Counted from the stretch's first letter, positions 1 through 15,932 are shown. The stretch is DNA of 64,000 bases from Eledone cirrhosa (GCA_964016885.1 OZ024749.1:48422001-48486000); one strand, 5' to 3'. The notes: generated by a model not told the origin, from the letters alone. A program made the numbers and translations.

Positions 1-192
1 TTCCTTAAGATGTTATTAATGAAATTAACAAAATTGACAAAGTTAATGATAAAACAATTGTTTTAAATTTGTATCAGTGGAAGGCCTTTGGAAAATCTAC
101 CAGTTAAAGGGTGCTTTGTATTTAATGAACTATGGCAATACTTGTGTCACAGAACATACTCTAATATAAATATATGTATATATATATATGTG

Positions 193-535
<343 letters not shown>

Positions 536-554
536 TATATATATATATATATAT

Positions 555-876
555 TTGTCAAGGCAGAACTCTAGGAGAAGGAAAACTCTGATATAACACC
601 TGCAACCCTGATGGTATCGGATGTTGTTGACTTGTTCTTCTTTTTCGTAAATATCATCTTGGTTAAGAGAGTGGGACTGGCTTGTGCAGTGCCTTTGCTC
701 ACTATAAAAGCTTCACGGCACAGTCATTGCTTTATATCTGCTGATCTCTCTGCACTTGTCATCACATTATGCCATTGGCCCAGCACTATGTGTCAGTAAT
801 TGTTACAAGTGTAGCGTTTGTACCAGAGTTTTCAAGTCGCTGGCTGGACTAAAAAGTCACACTCGATGAGCGCATC
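555..876 (+). mobile_element. Non-autonomous RTE-derived bipartite retroelement, truncated copy
   Basis: Reverse-complement homolog of 40379-40700. Contains the RTE 5'-UTR-type motif CTAGGAGAAGGAAAACTCTGA and at about 799-876 encodes NCYKCSVCTRVFKSLAGLKSHTR*AH, resembling the C-terminal C2H2 finger of RTE ORFs. (TA)n on both sides. Confidence 0.8.
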
Positions 877-1181
877 TATATATATATATTACTAATCATA
901 ATAATCATCATCCTTGTGTTATGGATTAGAATCTAGGTTTAATTAGGTTAAACCATTGTGACAGGTAAACGAACGACGATAAAAGGAAATTGTTGAATCA
1001 ATAGCTGAACCAGGAACAGTTTGTGTTTTATCTGCACTTCCCGGATGTATTTAAATAACAATGGAAATGTAATAAAAAATGCGCGCAAATGATATTACTT
1101 TGATTTTTTAAAATTTCAAATTTATATCCCAAGCTTTTATAGGTGTACACGCACAACTAATATTGCATATATACGAACACT

Positions 1182-1234
<53 letters not shown>

Positions 1235-1651
1235 TATAGGGAGAATAAATATAGCAAACGTGAAGTAATAAATAGATGCTGAAGTACGGAAAAAAAGGCA
1301 TTCACATTTCAAGTAGCGTGGAATAAAAGTTATTAAGAAAAAAAGTTAAGCAATATCAAAGCTATGATAATAAATATTTGAAAATATTGAAATTAGCTGT
1401 TAACATATATCTAGTTTTAAGATCAAAAGGAAAGAGCAAGAGATGTATGGGGATTTTTTACATATATTTCTCGGGAATTATTTACAAACGATACTCATGT
1501 ACATGTTATCAATCTAATTATTTGCTTTTGTTGTAATTACATTTGTTTCGTTTATTTCTTAGCGAACAGATTTCTCATATGCAACAAAAGGTGAACAACA
1601 GTGCTTGCAAAAGGTTAGCGATAACGAATGAATTAGAAAATCGATAAATGC

Positions 1652-1698
<47 letters not shown>

Positions 1699-1755
1699 TA
1701 TATATATATAAGTGTATATATATATATACACATATATATGTATATAATTATATAT

Positions 1756-1788
<33 letters not shown>

Positions 1789-1826
1789 ATTACATATATA
1801 TATATATACATATAATTATATATATA

Positions 1827-1865
<39 letters not shown>

Positions 1866-2749
1866 ATATATATATATATATACATATTTATATATATATA
1901 TACATAAATATATATATATATATATATTTATACATAAAAATGATATAAATATGTCTATATAAATAAATAAATATATATATATATATGTGTGTGTATGTGG
2001 GTATGTGCGTGTGTGTGTATGTATGTGCGTGTGTGTGTGTGTGTGAGTGTTTCCTCTCGCTCTCTATCTTTCTCCTTGTTTATTCTCTGTGTGTGTATTT
2101 ATTTTTAAGATATAGATGTTTCCTAATGTTGCTTTAATTTATTGTTGCTGCCATGAAACAACGATTTAAAAAGAAATTATGAAGAATAGGAAATTCTATA
2201 TTACTGATATTGCAGGTCAGCATGACATCGTATATTTGAAAAAAACAAAAAAAGAAAATTTAATATACGCTTAGTTTTATTTTCTGTTTCCACACTAATG
2301 AAAATGCTTCAATAATGTTTGATTTTTATTTATATATCTATATTTCACTCCTCATCGATCAACTCTAAGATCCATAGTCAGCCAGAAATGAATTCTATGT
2401 TTGACATCATACAATTCTGATGCTAACACTAATTTTTCAAAACATATAAAATACAATTTCTGAGTCAGAAATTTCCATAATATACATTATATAGACCTTT
2501 ACAGAGAGAAAATCTAGTAATGACTGCGATAAAAGCAGAAATGCAAGGTATTATTCCCATTGAAAAACTGATTGCTTACTCTCAAAATGCGATGAAGAAC
2601 ATGTTACATATTGCAGTATATGAGGAAAAGTCTCAGTTCACAATAGAGAGAAAATGGGCTTCTAACACTTCTTAAATAAGGAAGTGTGGCCAGTGATGAA
2701 GTAGAAAATCTCATAAACGTTGAAAATAAAATAATAAATTTCTCCAACC

Positions 2750-2846
2750 TACGCACAAGTCCAGAATTTTAAAGGAAAAATTAAGTCGATAATATCAACA
2801 GAAATTCGTTAGAGTGATTTAATTTATCGACCCGAGAATGAAAGAT
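2750..2846 (-). mobile_element. Degenerate Meta-domain-type SINE fragment
   Basis: CACAAGTCCAG...AAGTCGATAA...TTTATCGACCCGAGAATGAAAG aligns with the better copies at 7536-7627 and 48206-48339. Confidence 0.45.
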
Positions 2847-2929
2847 CGCCGAAAACAATTATGCAATTCGTTTTATCTGATGCTCTAGCAATAACTGATG
2901 AAAATTATGATAATGATTGGGATGTTTTA

Positions 2930-3142
2930 GATGATGATGATGATTACGACGATGATGATGATGATGATGATGGTGGTGATTAAGATGATGATGATGATTA
3001 TGATGATGATGATGATGACGTTGATCATGATGATGATGGTGGTGTTGATGATGATGATGATGATGATGATGATCATCATCATCATCATCATGATGATCAT
3101 GATGATCATGATGATCATGATGATAATAATAATAATAATAAT
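2930..3142. repeat. (GAT)n/(CAT)n/(TAA)n compound microsatellite
   Basis: Direct reading. Source of the poly-His/poly-Met/poly-Ile ORFs. Confidence 0.95.
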
Positions 3143-3665
3143 ACACCAAAATCAGGAAACCTCTGACCTGCAATATACTATATCAACCCAAAGTAGATGT
3201 GGATCGCCTCTATCTTCCCAGAGAAAACAGATGTAGAGGAATGATCCAGCTTGAACGTTATAACTACAGATGACTGGATGTTGAAATTGGTTGCAGAACA
3301 TGAAAGGAAAAAGAGTTTACATTCAATCACAAATGAAAGTAGGAATTTTGCGCAAGAAATGCGAATACTTTATGAAAATGATGTTTTTTTTTCCTAAATA
3401 AGGCTGCAGATTGTATGAAGATATTGGCAAAACCTGAAGGTCAATGGACATTCTGCATTATAGGGAGCAAAAATAACTGCATGTGTCAGTACGTCTTCTG
3501 CAACTAAGAACCTGATATTGATCAAATTCTCACCCATCAGTGAATGCGGAGTTCTATGGTATACGCAGAGAGATGCGATTTTATTTTGGCTGCGCAAGAA
3601 AAGTGCCTTTCAAAGGACACATTTCAAGTCAATATGATCGGAACTGAGCTAAATTGTCCATTCTT
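3142..3665 (+). mobile_element. Degenerate Dong/R4-clade non-LTR retrotransposon fragment (post-RT region)
   Basis: Manual translation across stops and frameshifts: TKIRKPLTCNILYQPKVDVDRLYLPRENRCRGMIQLERY...TTDDWMLKLVAEHERKKSLHSITNESRNF...PDIDQILTHQ*MRSSMVYAERCDFILAAQEKCL..FQVNM. It matches the HPKADVDRLYLPR..GGRG motif and aligns with the 35978-36745 copy. Begins directly after (TAA)n. Confidence 0.8.
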
Positions 3666-6208
3666 CGATAATATTAATATTTAGAAAAAGAATCCTGAAC
3701 GAAGGAAAATAAAGGTGAATAAAGCTTTAGAAAATCGGGTAAAATACCTCTAGAGACAGAAGAAAATGGCCATGTGTCACAAGTTATCTCAGATTTTGAG
3801 TGGATCAAAGTTCTATCCTCTGAAGAAGCTGCGGACCAGATCTTTCCCTTTCATAGAAATATTTGTCCTGAATTTCTAAAGCTTTTTCCACGCTTTCAGG
3901 CATTCAAGTTCTAGATTTCTAAACAATTCAATTCATTCGACGCTTCAACGTGTATTTATAGAATAATAATTATAAAACATGTTACTGCATGTACTGTATT
4001 CCGATGAACTGATTTTCTTATATTCAGGTCAATTACTAAACACATTGTTATATTATACGAAACGATAGATCAATTTCCCTCATTATTGATGTCTCGTGTA
4101 ACACGTTTTTAAAAGAATTTTCTACAGTAAATACGTTCACAAACAAATACTCACATTTGCGACGATATGTCGGCAAACACATGTGTATGCATACATGCAT
4201 ATATGTATGAAGGTATATATATAAATATGTATGTATAATCTACTTCCATCAATGAAGGAGAATTAGGGATAGCTTTAAGAACACATCTAATCTGTTCTTG
4301 GAATTTATGAAGATGATTCATTCTAATTAACTTAACACCAGGGGAAATAATTACCAGAATTAAATTTGTGTATTATGTGAAGTGAAATGCCTCTCACATT
4401 GTCACAGTTCTACTGACACATACATATTTTCTTTCCAATATTTTAGCAAATTTCCTAATCTATTATAACTTTATGAACATAGACACGTTTAACTCCTGTG
4501 TCTCCATATCAATAAACAAAAACGTTTCTACAACATATTTCCACATAATTCCATCGATTTTGATGATTTTGCTCGTTGGAATATTGCCATTTAAATAATT
4601 CGATTCATGTCCACCCGATAGAACATTTATGTATTCCCGTCTGTTTCAGCAAACATTAAACTAATCAATACAATCAATGGCTTCATCTGTCTTTGCAGCC
4701 ACTCTCCAGATCATATTAGCTAAATGTGTGATATCGTTGAATGACTAGAGAGTATGAGACTAGAATTGAGAGATTATAACAATGGAAAATCTCATTATTT
4801 ATGTAACGGCTGAATCATAAGACATTTGAATGTAATGACTTGTGATATATATTTCTCCTTTTTAAGGTCCTTGTTCAATTTTGATTTTCATATTTACGTG
4901 ATGGAAATAATAATGGACAAGACAAGTATGAAGTTCAATATAATCGAGTAACATATTTTATTAAAATTCTAGTGCTGTGGCTAAGAAAAATATTTATTGT
5001 TTGTCCACAGTGTCGGCCCCGATTCAGCAAACAATTCAAGCCAAGCGTCTGCATGCTTTTTGGGGGGTTATTTAAGACGAACTATTGTGTTGGTGTGTCT
5101 CCATGTTCTGCTAAAATATATGATTTGAATGAATTCGTTTTATTATATGAAGGATCATTGACAGGGTGTGACAATAAGTTTTCAATCATTGCCGTTATAG
5201 AAAGCATGCCTGTCTATGCTGTGTAAATCGTATTACAAACATTTAAGCAGATGTGTATCTCAACGAAGATTTAAGGACAGTATTGTAAGAACGAATGTTG
5301 TATATTGCAGAGGTTATATAGTAACTGATTTTCATCTCAAAATATGTGAGTTCTAGCCTGAACGTTAGATCGATGATGAAATTAATCACAAGGAACTGTT
5401 TCTCAACGTGACGATATAATTAATCATAATAATTACATGGATATATAATTGTAAGCATGAGAAGGCCATTCAATATTTTGTGTTTTGTGTGGACATGCAA
5501 GTATTTACTTATAATTCACATACTTACACGGCGATTTTCCATGTTTACTACAATAAGTTTGAGATATATGCAGAAGAGCCTGTTTCACTTAATCCATGAC
5601 TAGACCATAACTCTTCAGATAATATGACGAAGCCAGGTTAGACCAGACTGTGACCCATTTACATGTGTGTATGTGTACAAGTATATTTGTATATGCGGGT
5701 TTATCTAAGTGCAGATACTATAGAGGAACAGTGGTTCTACGTGTATTTAAAATGACCCTAACCAGCACCAACAATTTCATGTCAATTATCTAAATAAGTA
5801 ACAAAATGAAACAAATACTGAGACATCTGTCATCAAAGATAAATGTCAGAAATGTACATGATACTATGCAGTCCTGTATATAACTCTCCATTTCATATAT
5901 CTTACAGTTAATGGCTGGTAGTAGTAAATGTATATACATATTTGAAATATTGAAAGAGTAATTATATAGGAAAAGAAAGTAAGTGCGAATATATAAGAAA
6001 ATATTATTATTTGTAACCATAGATATTATGTATCTTGCATTATCGATGTAGGCTTCGATGATGATGGTTGAAGTAGTATGTATTTTCGTAAGGTGTATCT
6101 AATGGTCTATAACAAGTTATTTATGCCATAAACTAGATATACTTTTCTCAAAATAGAAAGTTGCTAATAAAAAACTCACTTCATCACACACATACACATG
6201 TATATGCA

Positions 6209-6418
<210 letters not shown>

Positions 6419-7535
6419 TATATATAGTTTTCAGTTTTATAGTTAATTAATATTTCTGTCATGTAAATTATACGAGTGATATATCCAGCACAGCGAAACG
6501 TTTTTTGATATACTTCCAATGATTGGAACGGTCTTATTAGGATGGGGTCGGGGAGGCTATCTGCTTGAATAAGTTAGATCTTTCGGAAATATCTAGAACG
6601 TTATGGCCAATATTTGTTATTTGTTAGAACAGATACACACAGGTCTCTGATATATTGCGAAATTTGCCAGATTTATTATGGATATTAAATACACTTTTTG
6701 TATGTACGCCAATATATTTTGCCTTAAAATGTTCTGCTTCATAGATTAGTGGCTCATAATAATATATGATATAAAAAAAGGATAAATTATAAATGTAACA
6801 ACGACACATATCTCACACTTCCTTATTTTACGATGCCTAATGTAGTACAACGCCAAGTGATATGAAACGAAACGGTCCCTACAAATATCTTAAAATATTA
6901 ATATTTTTATCAGGTAAATTTGTTGCATCTGGAACTTTAGGGGGACTCGATTATCACAGGTGTTGTAATCAATTTGTTTAATGCGCTTTTCATAGCTTAT
7001 CCAGGGAAATATGCTCAAGACACGAGTATTTCTATCGCTCATGACACACACTTCGTGTGTGTGTGTATATATATATATACAAACAGATATGTGTGTGTGT
7101 GTGTGTAGAAAATAAATTATCTAGATTGCTCTATTATTCTAACCCTAACAACGACCCATATTATTTCACATTAATCAAATTACATAATATCGTTACGTAT
7201 TTATTTTTCTCTTAAATTTATTTTCTAAATCTGTGTGATGCTGATATGTCATGTGTGTGACTATCTAAACATTTCTCATCCTAAGAAAATCTAAACCTTG
7301 CAGCTTTTTCATATTTGTCAAAGTCAAAAGTTAGTCTTAATGTATTAAAGTCGATAGATCGTTCGTACTGAATTGTGAAATGATTGAAACATACACATTC
7401 CTACAGGATGTACTAAACTAAGTATCTATAATATTAATGCAGCTAAATCACCTTTTCATATTTGTTGTTGTTGTTCATCATATTTCGAATTACATTTATT
7501 AATAGCAATTAAATAGAGGCAAAATATATTCAGAA

Positions 7536-7627
7536 AATAATTGTTTCTACTTTAGGCACAAGGCCAGCAATTACCCAGTGCATTACTGGTACTTTATTTT
7601 ATCGACCCCGTAAGGATGAAAGGCAAA
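7536..7627 (-). mobile_element. Meta-domain-type SINE, 3' part
   Basis: Reverse complement of TTTGCCTTTCATCCTTACGGGGTCGATAAAATAAAGTACCAG...GGCCTTGTGCC..AAGTAGAAACAATTATT, shared with 52158-52297 and 60603-60761. Confidence 0.85.
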
Positions 7628-8220
7628 CAGTAATTAGATTTGACGTCCTGTATTACGATGTAGACAATCACAACGCGGCTGACTTTGTTGATATCTGAAG
7701 GACGTCTGTATGGCAAAAGATATCAGTAACCTTATAATATATATTGAACGATGCGTACCACATGACTGCATATTTCTTGTTGATGCCAACAATTAAAAAT
7801 ACATCAATTATACTTAAACTCATCGACTGCAGTTACGATGGTCATATGTGCGACAGCATGGAGTTCAACAAATTTAATCCTCTCATGGAATATGTTCGAC
7901 AATGTACAACTCATTCCAGTATTCATATGCGAACAAATGCACTACTATTTGCGATTGGATATGTTATGGCAATAGGCATTATTCAGTTGCAAAGACACCA
8001 TCCGCAATTTCAGCATGGAACCATCTAAATGTTTTCAAGAAATATATAGATTACAATATATATATCACACAGAAAGAAAGTCGCATATACCCCCCCCCCG
8101 ACCACACCTCATATGTGTATATGTGTGTGTGTGTGTGTGTGTACGTAAAGACTCATATTATCACCGCACCTAGCATCCTAATACATTTCATGTAATGGGA
8201 ATTGGGATTTGTTAATATAA

Positions 8221-8265
<45 letters not shown>

Positions 8266-8438
8266 GATATATTAACAAATGGAAACTATATTTATAAAAC
8301 CATATTTATTTCATTATACATATTTCAAGGACACCAAGTTAACTTATAGTGTGCTTTCATTAGATAAAATATAATATAGATCAGTTTTATAAATAAATAT
8401 TGACATACCATTAAAGAATGCGACCATTTCTGTTGGAC

Positions 8439-8488
8439 GCCGTCTAAATGGTTTGAGCTCAGCCGTCGGGGTCCTACTCGTTCCTATA
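8439..8488 (+). mobile_element. Family E hammerhead 3'-half fragment ending in (TA)n
   Basis: GCCGTCTAAATGGTTTGAGCTCAGCCGTCGGGGTCCTACTCGTTCCTATA is a diverged copy of 21972-22020. Confidence 0.75.
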
Positions 8489-8499
8489 CATATATATTT

Positions 8500-8557
<58 letters not shown>

Positions 8558-9022
8558 GTATGTGTGTGGGTGCGCATGTGTGTGTGTGTTTGTGAATGTG
8601 TCTGTTGACACCTGGAATATGGATTAAGAGAAACTTCAAGATAACGGTATGATAGGTACTCAACATTTTGAACTGGTCTATAGAATTCTCTACGCCTTTG
8701 TCACTCTAAGTAGAACCTTAAATAATTAGCTTTTAAATAATTTCCCTTTTCCTTAAATCCATCAACCATTACCGACACCCAACGATCTTATAGTCACCTA
8801 AAATATAGGCATTGTTAGCTTAAGAGTAACTTAAAAATAAGGAGTGGCACCCCATTCTGAACTTGTTTATATAATTATTTCGGCCGTTGTTACTCTAAAT
8901 ATAAATTATAGCTTTAATGAATTCCCTTTTCTATCAACCAATGACCTCTACCCATCCCATTCCATACCCTCTCCTACCACCTGAAGAGAACTTTAAATAC
9001 CATATTTATTTTTTGATACCCA

Positions 9023-9084
9023 GATTCTTGATGATTTATAAAAAATGAAACAGTTCTAGTCCTGTAGAATCTCATCTATATTAA

Positions 9085-9087
<3 letters not shown>
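9023..9087 (+). ncRNA. Family D type-I hammerhead, degenerate (C3 to U), ending in (TA)n
   Basis: GATTC TTGATGA TTTATAAAAAAT GAAA CAG TTCTAGTC CTG TA GAATC TCATCTATATTAAAAC; homologous to 63370-63434. Confidence 0.7.
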
Positions 9088-9142
<55 letters not shown>

Positions 9143-9151
9143 GCACACACT

Positions 9152-9230
<79 letters not shown>

Positions 9231-10065
9231 TAATAAATGTGAAGACTAAAATCCAAAAATATAAATATATCCTCATGGTTGTGTATGTGACTGCGTAGGC
9301 GTATGTGTATATGTGTGTGTCTGTGAGTATTCGTGTGTGTGTGAGTGTGGGTGCGTAGTAAACGGTGTTTGCATTTACCAACTGACAAAACTAATGTGAT
9401 CTCATCAGTTTTATATGTAGGACTCGAAGAAAGAGCCAGGAATTTCATATATACACAAATGCTATAAAATATCGTTTCATATTGATCCATGCAGTTATAT
9501 TTCTTGCGAATGCACCGTTATGATGTTATGGATTATGCGTAGCTGTATTGTAATGAATAATGGGTACGTGTAATCCCAGTCATTGACTTGGATTCAATTT
9601 CCGGCGGTATTTCATTACCTTTATTTGTATAACTACTCCTTGAACATAAATAGCATAAACGTGACGAATCGCGAAAATATTATGTGGCTTTACACATAAC
9701 CAAAAGAGAATCCACCAATTCGATTCAATAATATAAAAGATACATAGAAATTCGGAAATGGAAACGAGGAGTTACAACCAGTGGAATACAAGGAATATGG
9801 GTTAAGGAATCATTCGGTAAATATAGAGTTAATACATTAATAACATACAGGAAATACCATAACTCACCTCAATTCACATCATCTGTACTTACCGTATTTC
9901 CTGTAAAGTACAAGTACAAAGAGAGGTATTTAGAAACCGTATTAATGAATAAAATTAAGTTAAAGGTAACAGTGAATGTCCTTACATGCCTCCAGCTTCA
10001 GTTCGCGAGATAAGGAATAAATAGGTATACATACATACACACACACACACACAAACAGACACAAA

Positions 10066-10674
<609 letters not shown>

Positions 10675-10682
<8 letters not shown>

Positions 10683-11033
10683 AGATCAAAATATGGTTAA
10701 AGGAGTTCCATGTATTTTATTATGCGCATTTCAAAAACAAACATCATCATGCAATAATATTTGTGTTTTCATCAGATAAAACAGGAGAACATGATATGAA
10801 GGCTAAAAAACACTGTGGATAGTGCAGTTTTAAATCAACATATCTTTTAATCAACATATCAATAATATTATTGCATGATGATGTTTGTTTTTGAAATGCG
10901 CATAATAAAATACATGGAACTCCTTTAACCATCTTTTGATCTTATATTATGTATACTCCAGTCCTACAAACTGTAGAGTGCTTCTTATCCGATATCTGCA
11001 TTGCTTTATTGTACTACAATAAAACTCACCTCC

Positions 11034-11036
<3 letters not shown>
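10675..11036 (+). mobile_element. Family A fold-back element, copy 2 (tandem duplicate, period 432)
   Basis: Identical to 10243-10604 except one substitution seen (AATTAACATA vs AATCAACATA). Separated from copy 1 by (TA)n. Confidence 0.8.
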
Positions 11037-11090
<54 letters not shown>

Positions 11091-11095
11091 CTATA

Positions 11096-11133
<38 letters not shown>

Positions 11134-11149
11134 AGTATATATGCAAATA

Positions 11150-11216
<67 letters not shown>

Positions 11217-11331
11217 TATTAAAAAAATAATGAATAAACAAAGAAACAGTTCCTTATATTAAACAAAAAAGTTCATTATTTTACGATCGATTGGACACTG
11301 CCGTAAACTTTTGGTAGATTTATCTACACAC

Positions 11332-11362
<31 letters not shown>

Positions 11363-12406
11363 CATGTATAACTGAGTTCGTGTGTGTTTAAATATCTAAA
11401 TATCTCTATGTATCTATGTGTGAGTGTGTATGGAAATATATTAGGTTACATGCTCTAAATTCGTGAAAGCTATAGATTGATGAACATAAATATTATGATG
11501 TACACAAACTAGTCTTAAAAGTATCGGATTAAATACATTACAACTTTTAATTACAGAAACATTTAGTTTCCATTTCAAAAATTCTTGTACTCTAGAATAG
11601 CACTCGTCCATTTTAAATCGTTAGGAAATGATGTTTTAAACTTGGATCAATTCCATCAAAAATATAATTCTCCTTTAAAATTTTGCCTTTGGCCTAATTT
11701 CAAAATCATTATTACACGTCACAAATTTTACACGCCATCCACTTCAATGTAATTTCAATTTGCGAATGTCCCACCCTGAGAATATGGGGTCAAAGACGAT
11801 TTCATACGAATATAACTATATGATCGTATAAAAATCAATATGACGAGGGCAAAAGTTGACTCGTGATTCTGTTACAAAGACTGCTATGATCGGCTAGCTT
11901 GGAATGTTAAATATTTCTCTAAAAGACTATACATACGTACAAACATATAGATTGATATATATACATCGGAATAAGCAGGCACTCACATAAAAAACATACA
12001 CACACACACAAACACATATATATATAGACACGCACATGCCTTCCCCAATGTATATATAGATATAGTTATATATGTTTGTGTGTGTGTATGTGTGATAGGG
12101 TGTAGGTATATATATATATATATATGTACACACACATTCACATGCATAAATAATTGAATTTAATGCTTCTATCTTCAATCATTTATGTTCAGTGGAGTTA
12201 ATAATAAAGTTTGCAGGAGAAATATTTTGTTCTGTCTTTATTTATGTATATTTATTTGTTTGCATTAATGTGTTATTCAGTTTGGCAGATATAATAAAAC
12301 AAAATGTCGATTTCTAAGCTAGCCAGCCAAGGAAAATATATATTATAAAAGTAAATCATCTTGAAAATCGCAGTGTTATTTACATACACAGACACAAAAT
12401 ATCACG

Positions 12407-12488
<82 letters not shown>

Positions 12489-12497
12489 AATATATAC

Positions 12498-12558
<61 letters not shown>

Positions 12559-12611
12559 TATATATATATAGATATATATAGATATATATAGATATAGATA
12601 TATATATAAAT

Positions 12612-12642
<31 letters not shown>

Positions 12643-12808
12643 GGGGGGAGGGGTTGTATCTGTGTATACTTCTGCCTCTATATATCAAAATACATTAAAC
12701 ATATATACGTTACGTTTGGTATATATTTTAACGTATGCTTCTTAGCGGATAAGTGTGCCTGTGTGTATAGGCGTATGTGCGTGCACGTATATACATCTAT
12801 AACATATA

Positions 12809-12881
<73 letters not shown>

Positions 12882-13965
12882 GCATAATTCACACACAATC
12901 ATACACAAATATATATATATATATATATGTGTGTGTAGAGAGAGATTCCCTCTGATAGTGTGTAAAATGTTTACATAGATCTATATGATATACATACCGA
13001 CACACACGTATATATATCCTAGAAACGATTGTAAAATGTAGAACTTTTTAATATAAGGAACTGGTTCTTTGTTTTTATTTATTGTTTTTATTAATTTATA
13101 TATATATATATTTATGTGTGTACAAAATGTATATATATTTTCCTATTTTTGTGTGGCTGTGCACGTGTGTATATATGGTTTACATCTTTATATATGTGTC
13201 TCATTATATATTTTATGTTTGTGCATGTTTGCAATACTATAATTTAGACAGATATCAGATCTCAAAATATATTTGAATGCAATCCACTATGTATACATAT
13301 TTGTGCTTCCCTTTGTACGTCTGAGTATGTGTGTGTGGATATAATTGTGTGTGTGTGTGCGTGTGCGTGTGTGTACATATGAGGGGATGTCTGTATTATG
13401 ATGATATGTTTACGTATAAAAATAAAGGTCGAAAGGTCTCCCAATCTCGGGGGAAACTAATAACATAAGAAGCAAACAAACGTCTGAGAGTAAAGCAATT
13501 GAATACAATCTATTAGATGTAACTTGATAGTTACATTAGCTAGGTCGTGACTTCAAATTTGTACTTCTACCAATTCTGAACGATCGACATTCCTGCGTAG
13601 CAAAATCAAAGAAAAAATATATAATATTCAATGTATAAAATATCTATGATTAACTGGTTATATGATTTTGAGCTAAAAAATATATCTAATGGTTCTGTCA
13701 TTATTATTTATATATTTATGGAGAGTGTTCATTATATATATATATATGTTCACATTTTTTTTCCATCTTGTTAGTGCTGCAGCGTTTATTATAGTTTTAC
13801 TCCATAGATTTTCTTTTCGTTCTCTTCTAAGTAGATGTGTCCATTCGTTTACCACATTGCATTGTTAACAATTTATCTGATACATTTTAAAATAATAAAA
13901 GAATGACTTCTACAATCATTTCTGAATATATTCGGTACATAATATATATTTATATGTATATACAA

Positions 13966-14046
<81 letters not shown>

Positions 14047-14303
14047 TGAGGGTGTATGTGTGTTTGTGTATATATATTTGTATTACTATAGTTGTATATA
14101 CGTTTATATGTGTGTGTGTACTTTTTCTGTTCGATAACAACACCGCAAGGTTCCAAGAGAATATAAGACAATTGTGACACAATGTACGTCGTGTACCAAA
14201 ACCTAAAAGAGACTTAGGCCATTTCATGTTTGTTTACTGTGTTATTCAAATGTTCTTTCATACGCTACCCTCTTTTATATACATATGTATATATATATAT
14301 ATT

Positions 14304-14366
<63 letters not shown>

Positions 14367-15499
14367 ATGTGTGTGTGTGTGTGTGTGTGTATGTGTGTGT
14401 GTGTGTGTGTGGGTGTGGGTGGGTGTGTACATATATATATATATGGGAGTTTGTGTGATAGAATATATCATATTATATTATATCATACAGTACGCTGTGT
14501 TTTTCACTTTCACTATCATATCCCCGAGTGATTTGTGATTCCATGCCTTATGTTCATATAAAGTTACAAACAGGAAGCACAGCAGCAAAATATACTACGT
14601 TCCATTGCATTAGCTCGAAAATAGTCCACAAAAAGTACTACAAACCATATACTTTTTTTTATTGAACTGCTTAAGAACATCGACATCTGGAAGTTCATTA
14701 TAAAAGAAATCGACTCGAATAGAGTGATTCCTGAGAAAATAAGGTTGCCCGAGTCGTTGTCAACTTGTATGTATATTATCCTATCTGAAGTTAAACGGAA
14801 TGAGAGAAGCCAAGAGAATCTAAGCTCTACAGTTTCTATCCAAGCTTCAGTGCATGATACATTACACGCTACATCATGTATGTACATAAATTGGCTCAGA
14901 TTATTCTATGTTGTTTCATTTACCAAGCAAACAAACGTTCATAATCTAACCAAGCTAGGTATTTTGAGACTGGATTTCGAGATTGGAAATATCTTTGTAG
15001 GAACTCGAGCAGCACAGGGAGTTATTATTCTCATTAAGATGTTTACATTATTGTTTAACTATCTGTCAAACATTATTCACCAACATAACATCAAAGATAA
15101 TTATAGGTATGAGCATATGGTCTTGTTGAGGTACATTATTGAATCCTTTCTTTCCTTTTCAGAGTGTGAATTAAGGGATATACAAGGTAAATATTGGTCC
15201 TGTGACAATATATTAATTATCCTTGTAATATGATACAAATTTGACATTCGTTGATCCAACCATGCCTGTTAATTTATGGACGAACCATATTTGCACATGT
15301 ATATAATCTACAATTTAATTTAACATGAATTTGTCATTGACATACTTTCAAGCAGATTGCCTGACCACAATCCCCTTTACTTCTTCGACGAGACTGTCAC
15401 ACACAGACACATAACACCCCCCGCCCCATATGTACATGTATTTATACATATTATATATATATATATATATTATATATATTATATATTATATATATATAT

Positions 15500-15932
15500 G
15501 GAGGAGGTTATAGTTCACTTGAAGCATTGTGTAATGAGGTATAAACGTTTGAATATGTATAATAAAGCCAAAACAATGCAGGTATGGACATAGAAAAAAG
15601 AATGCAATTGCAAAAGATATTGTTGCCAATTCGTCTTTTAGCTTAGATTTATTTTAAACGTCCTTAATTTTCGAGATAATATCTCTTCTTCAGAGGGAAA
15701 TAAAGGTCTCAAACCAGCGTTCTAAATATCAGGCCAATGGCTTGGCAAGATATTTAGAACGCTGGTTTGAGACCTTTATTTCCCTCTGAAGAAGAGATAT
15801 TATCTCGAAAATTAGGGACGTTTAAAATAAATCTAAGGTAAAAGACGAATTGTCAACAATATCTTTTGCAATTGCATTCTTTTTTCTATGTCCATACCTG
15901 CATTGTGTTGGCTTTATTATACATATTCAAAC

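Noticed and set aside
14724-15233. Longest non-repetitive ORF (169 aa)
   Set aside because: No recognisable domain or splice context; compatible with chance or heavily decayed TE sequence.
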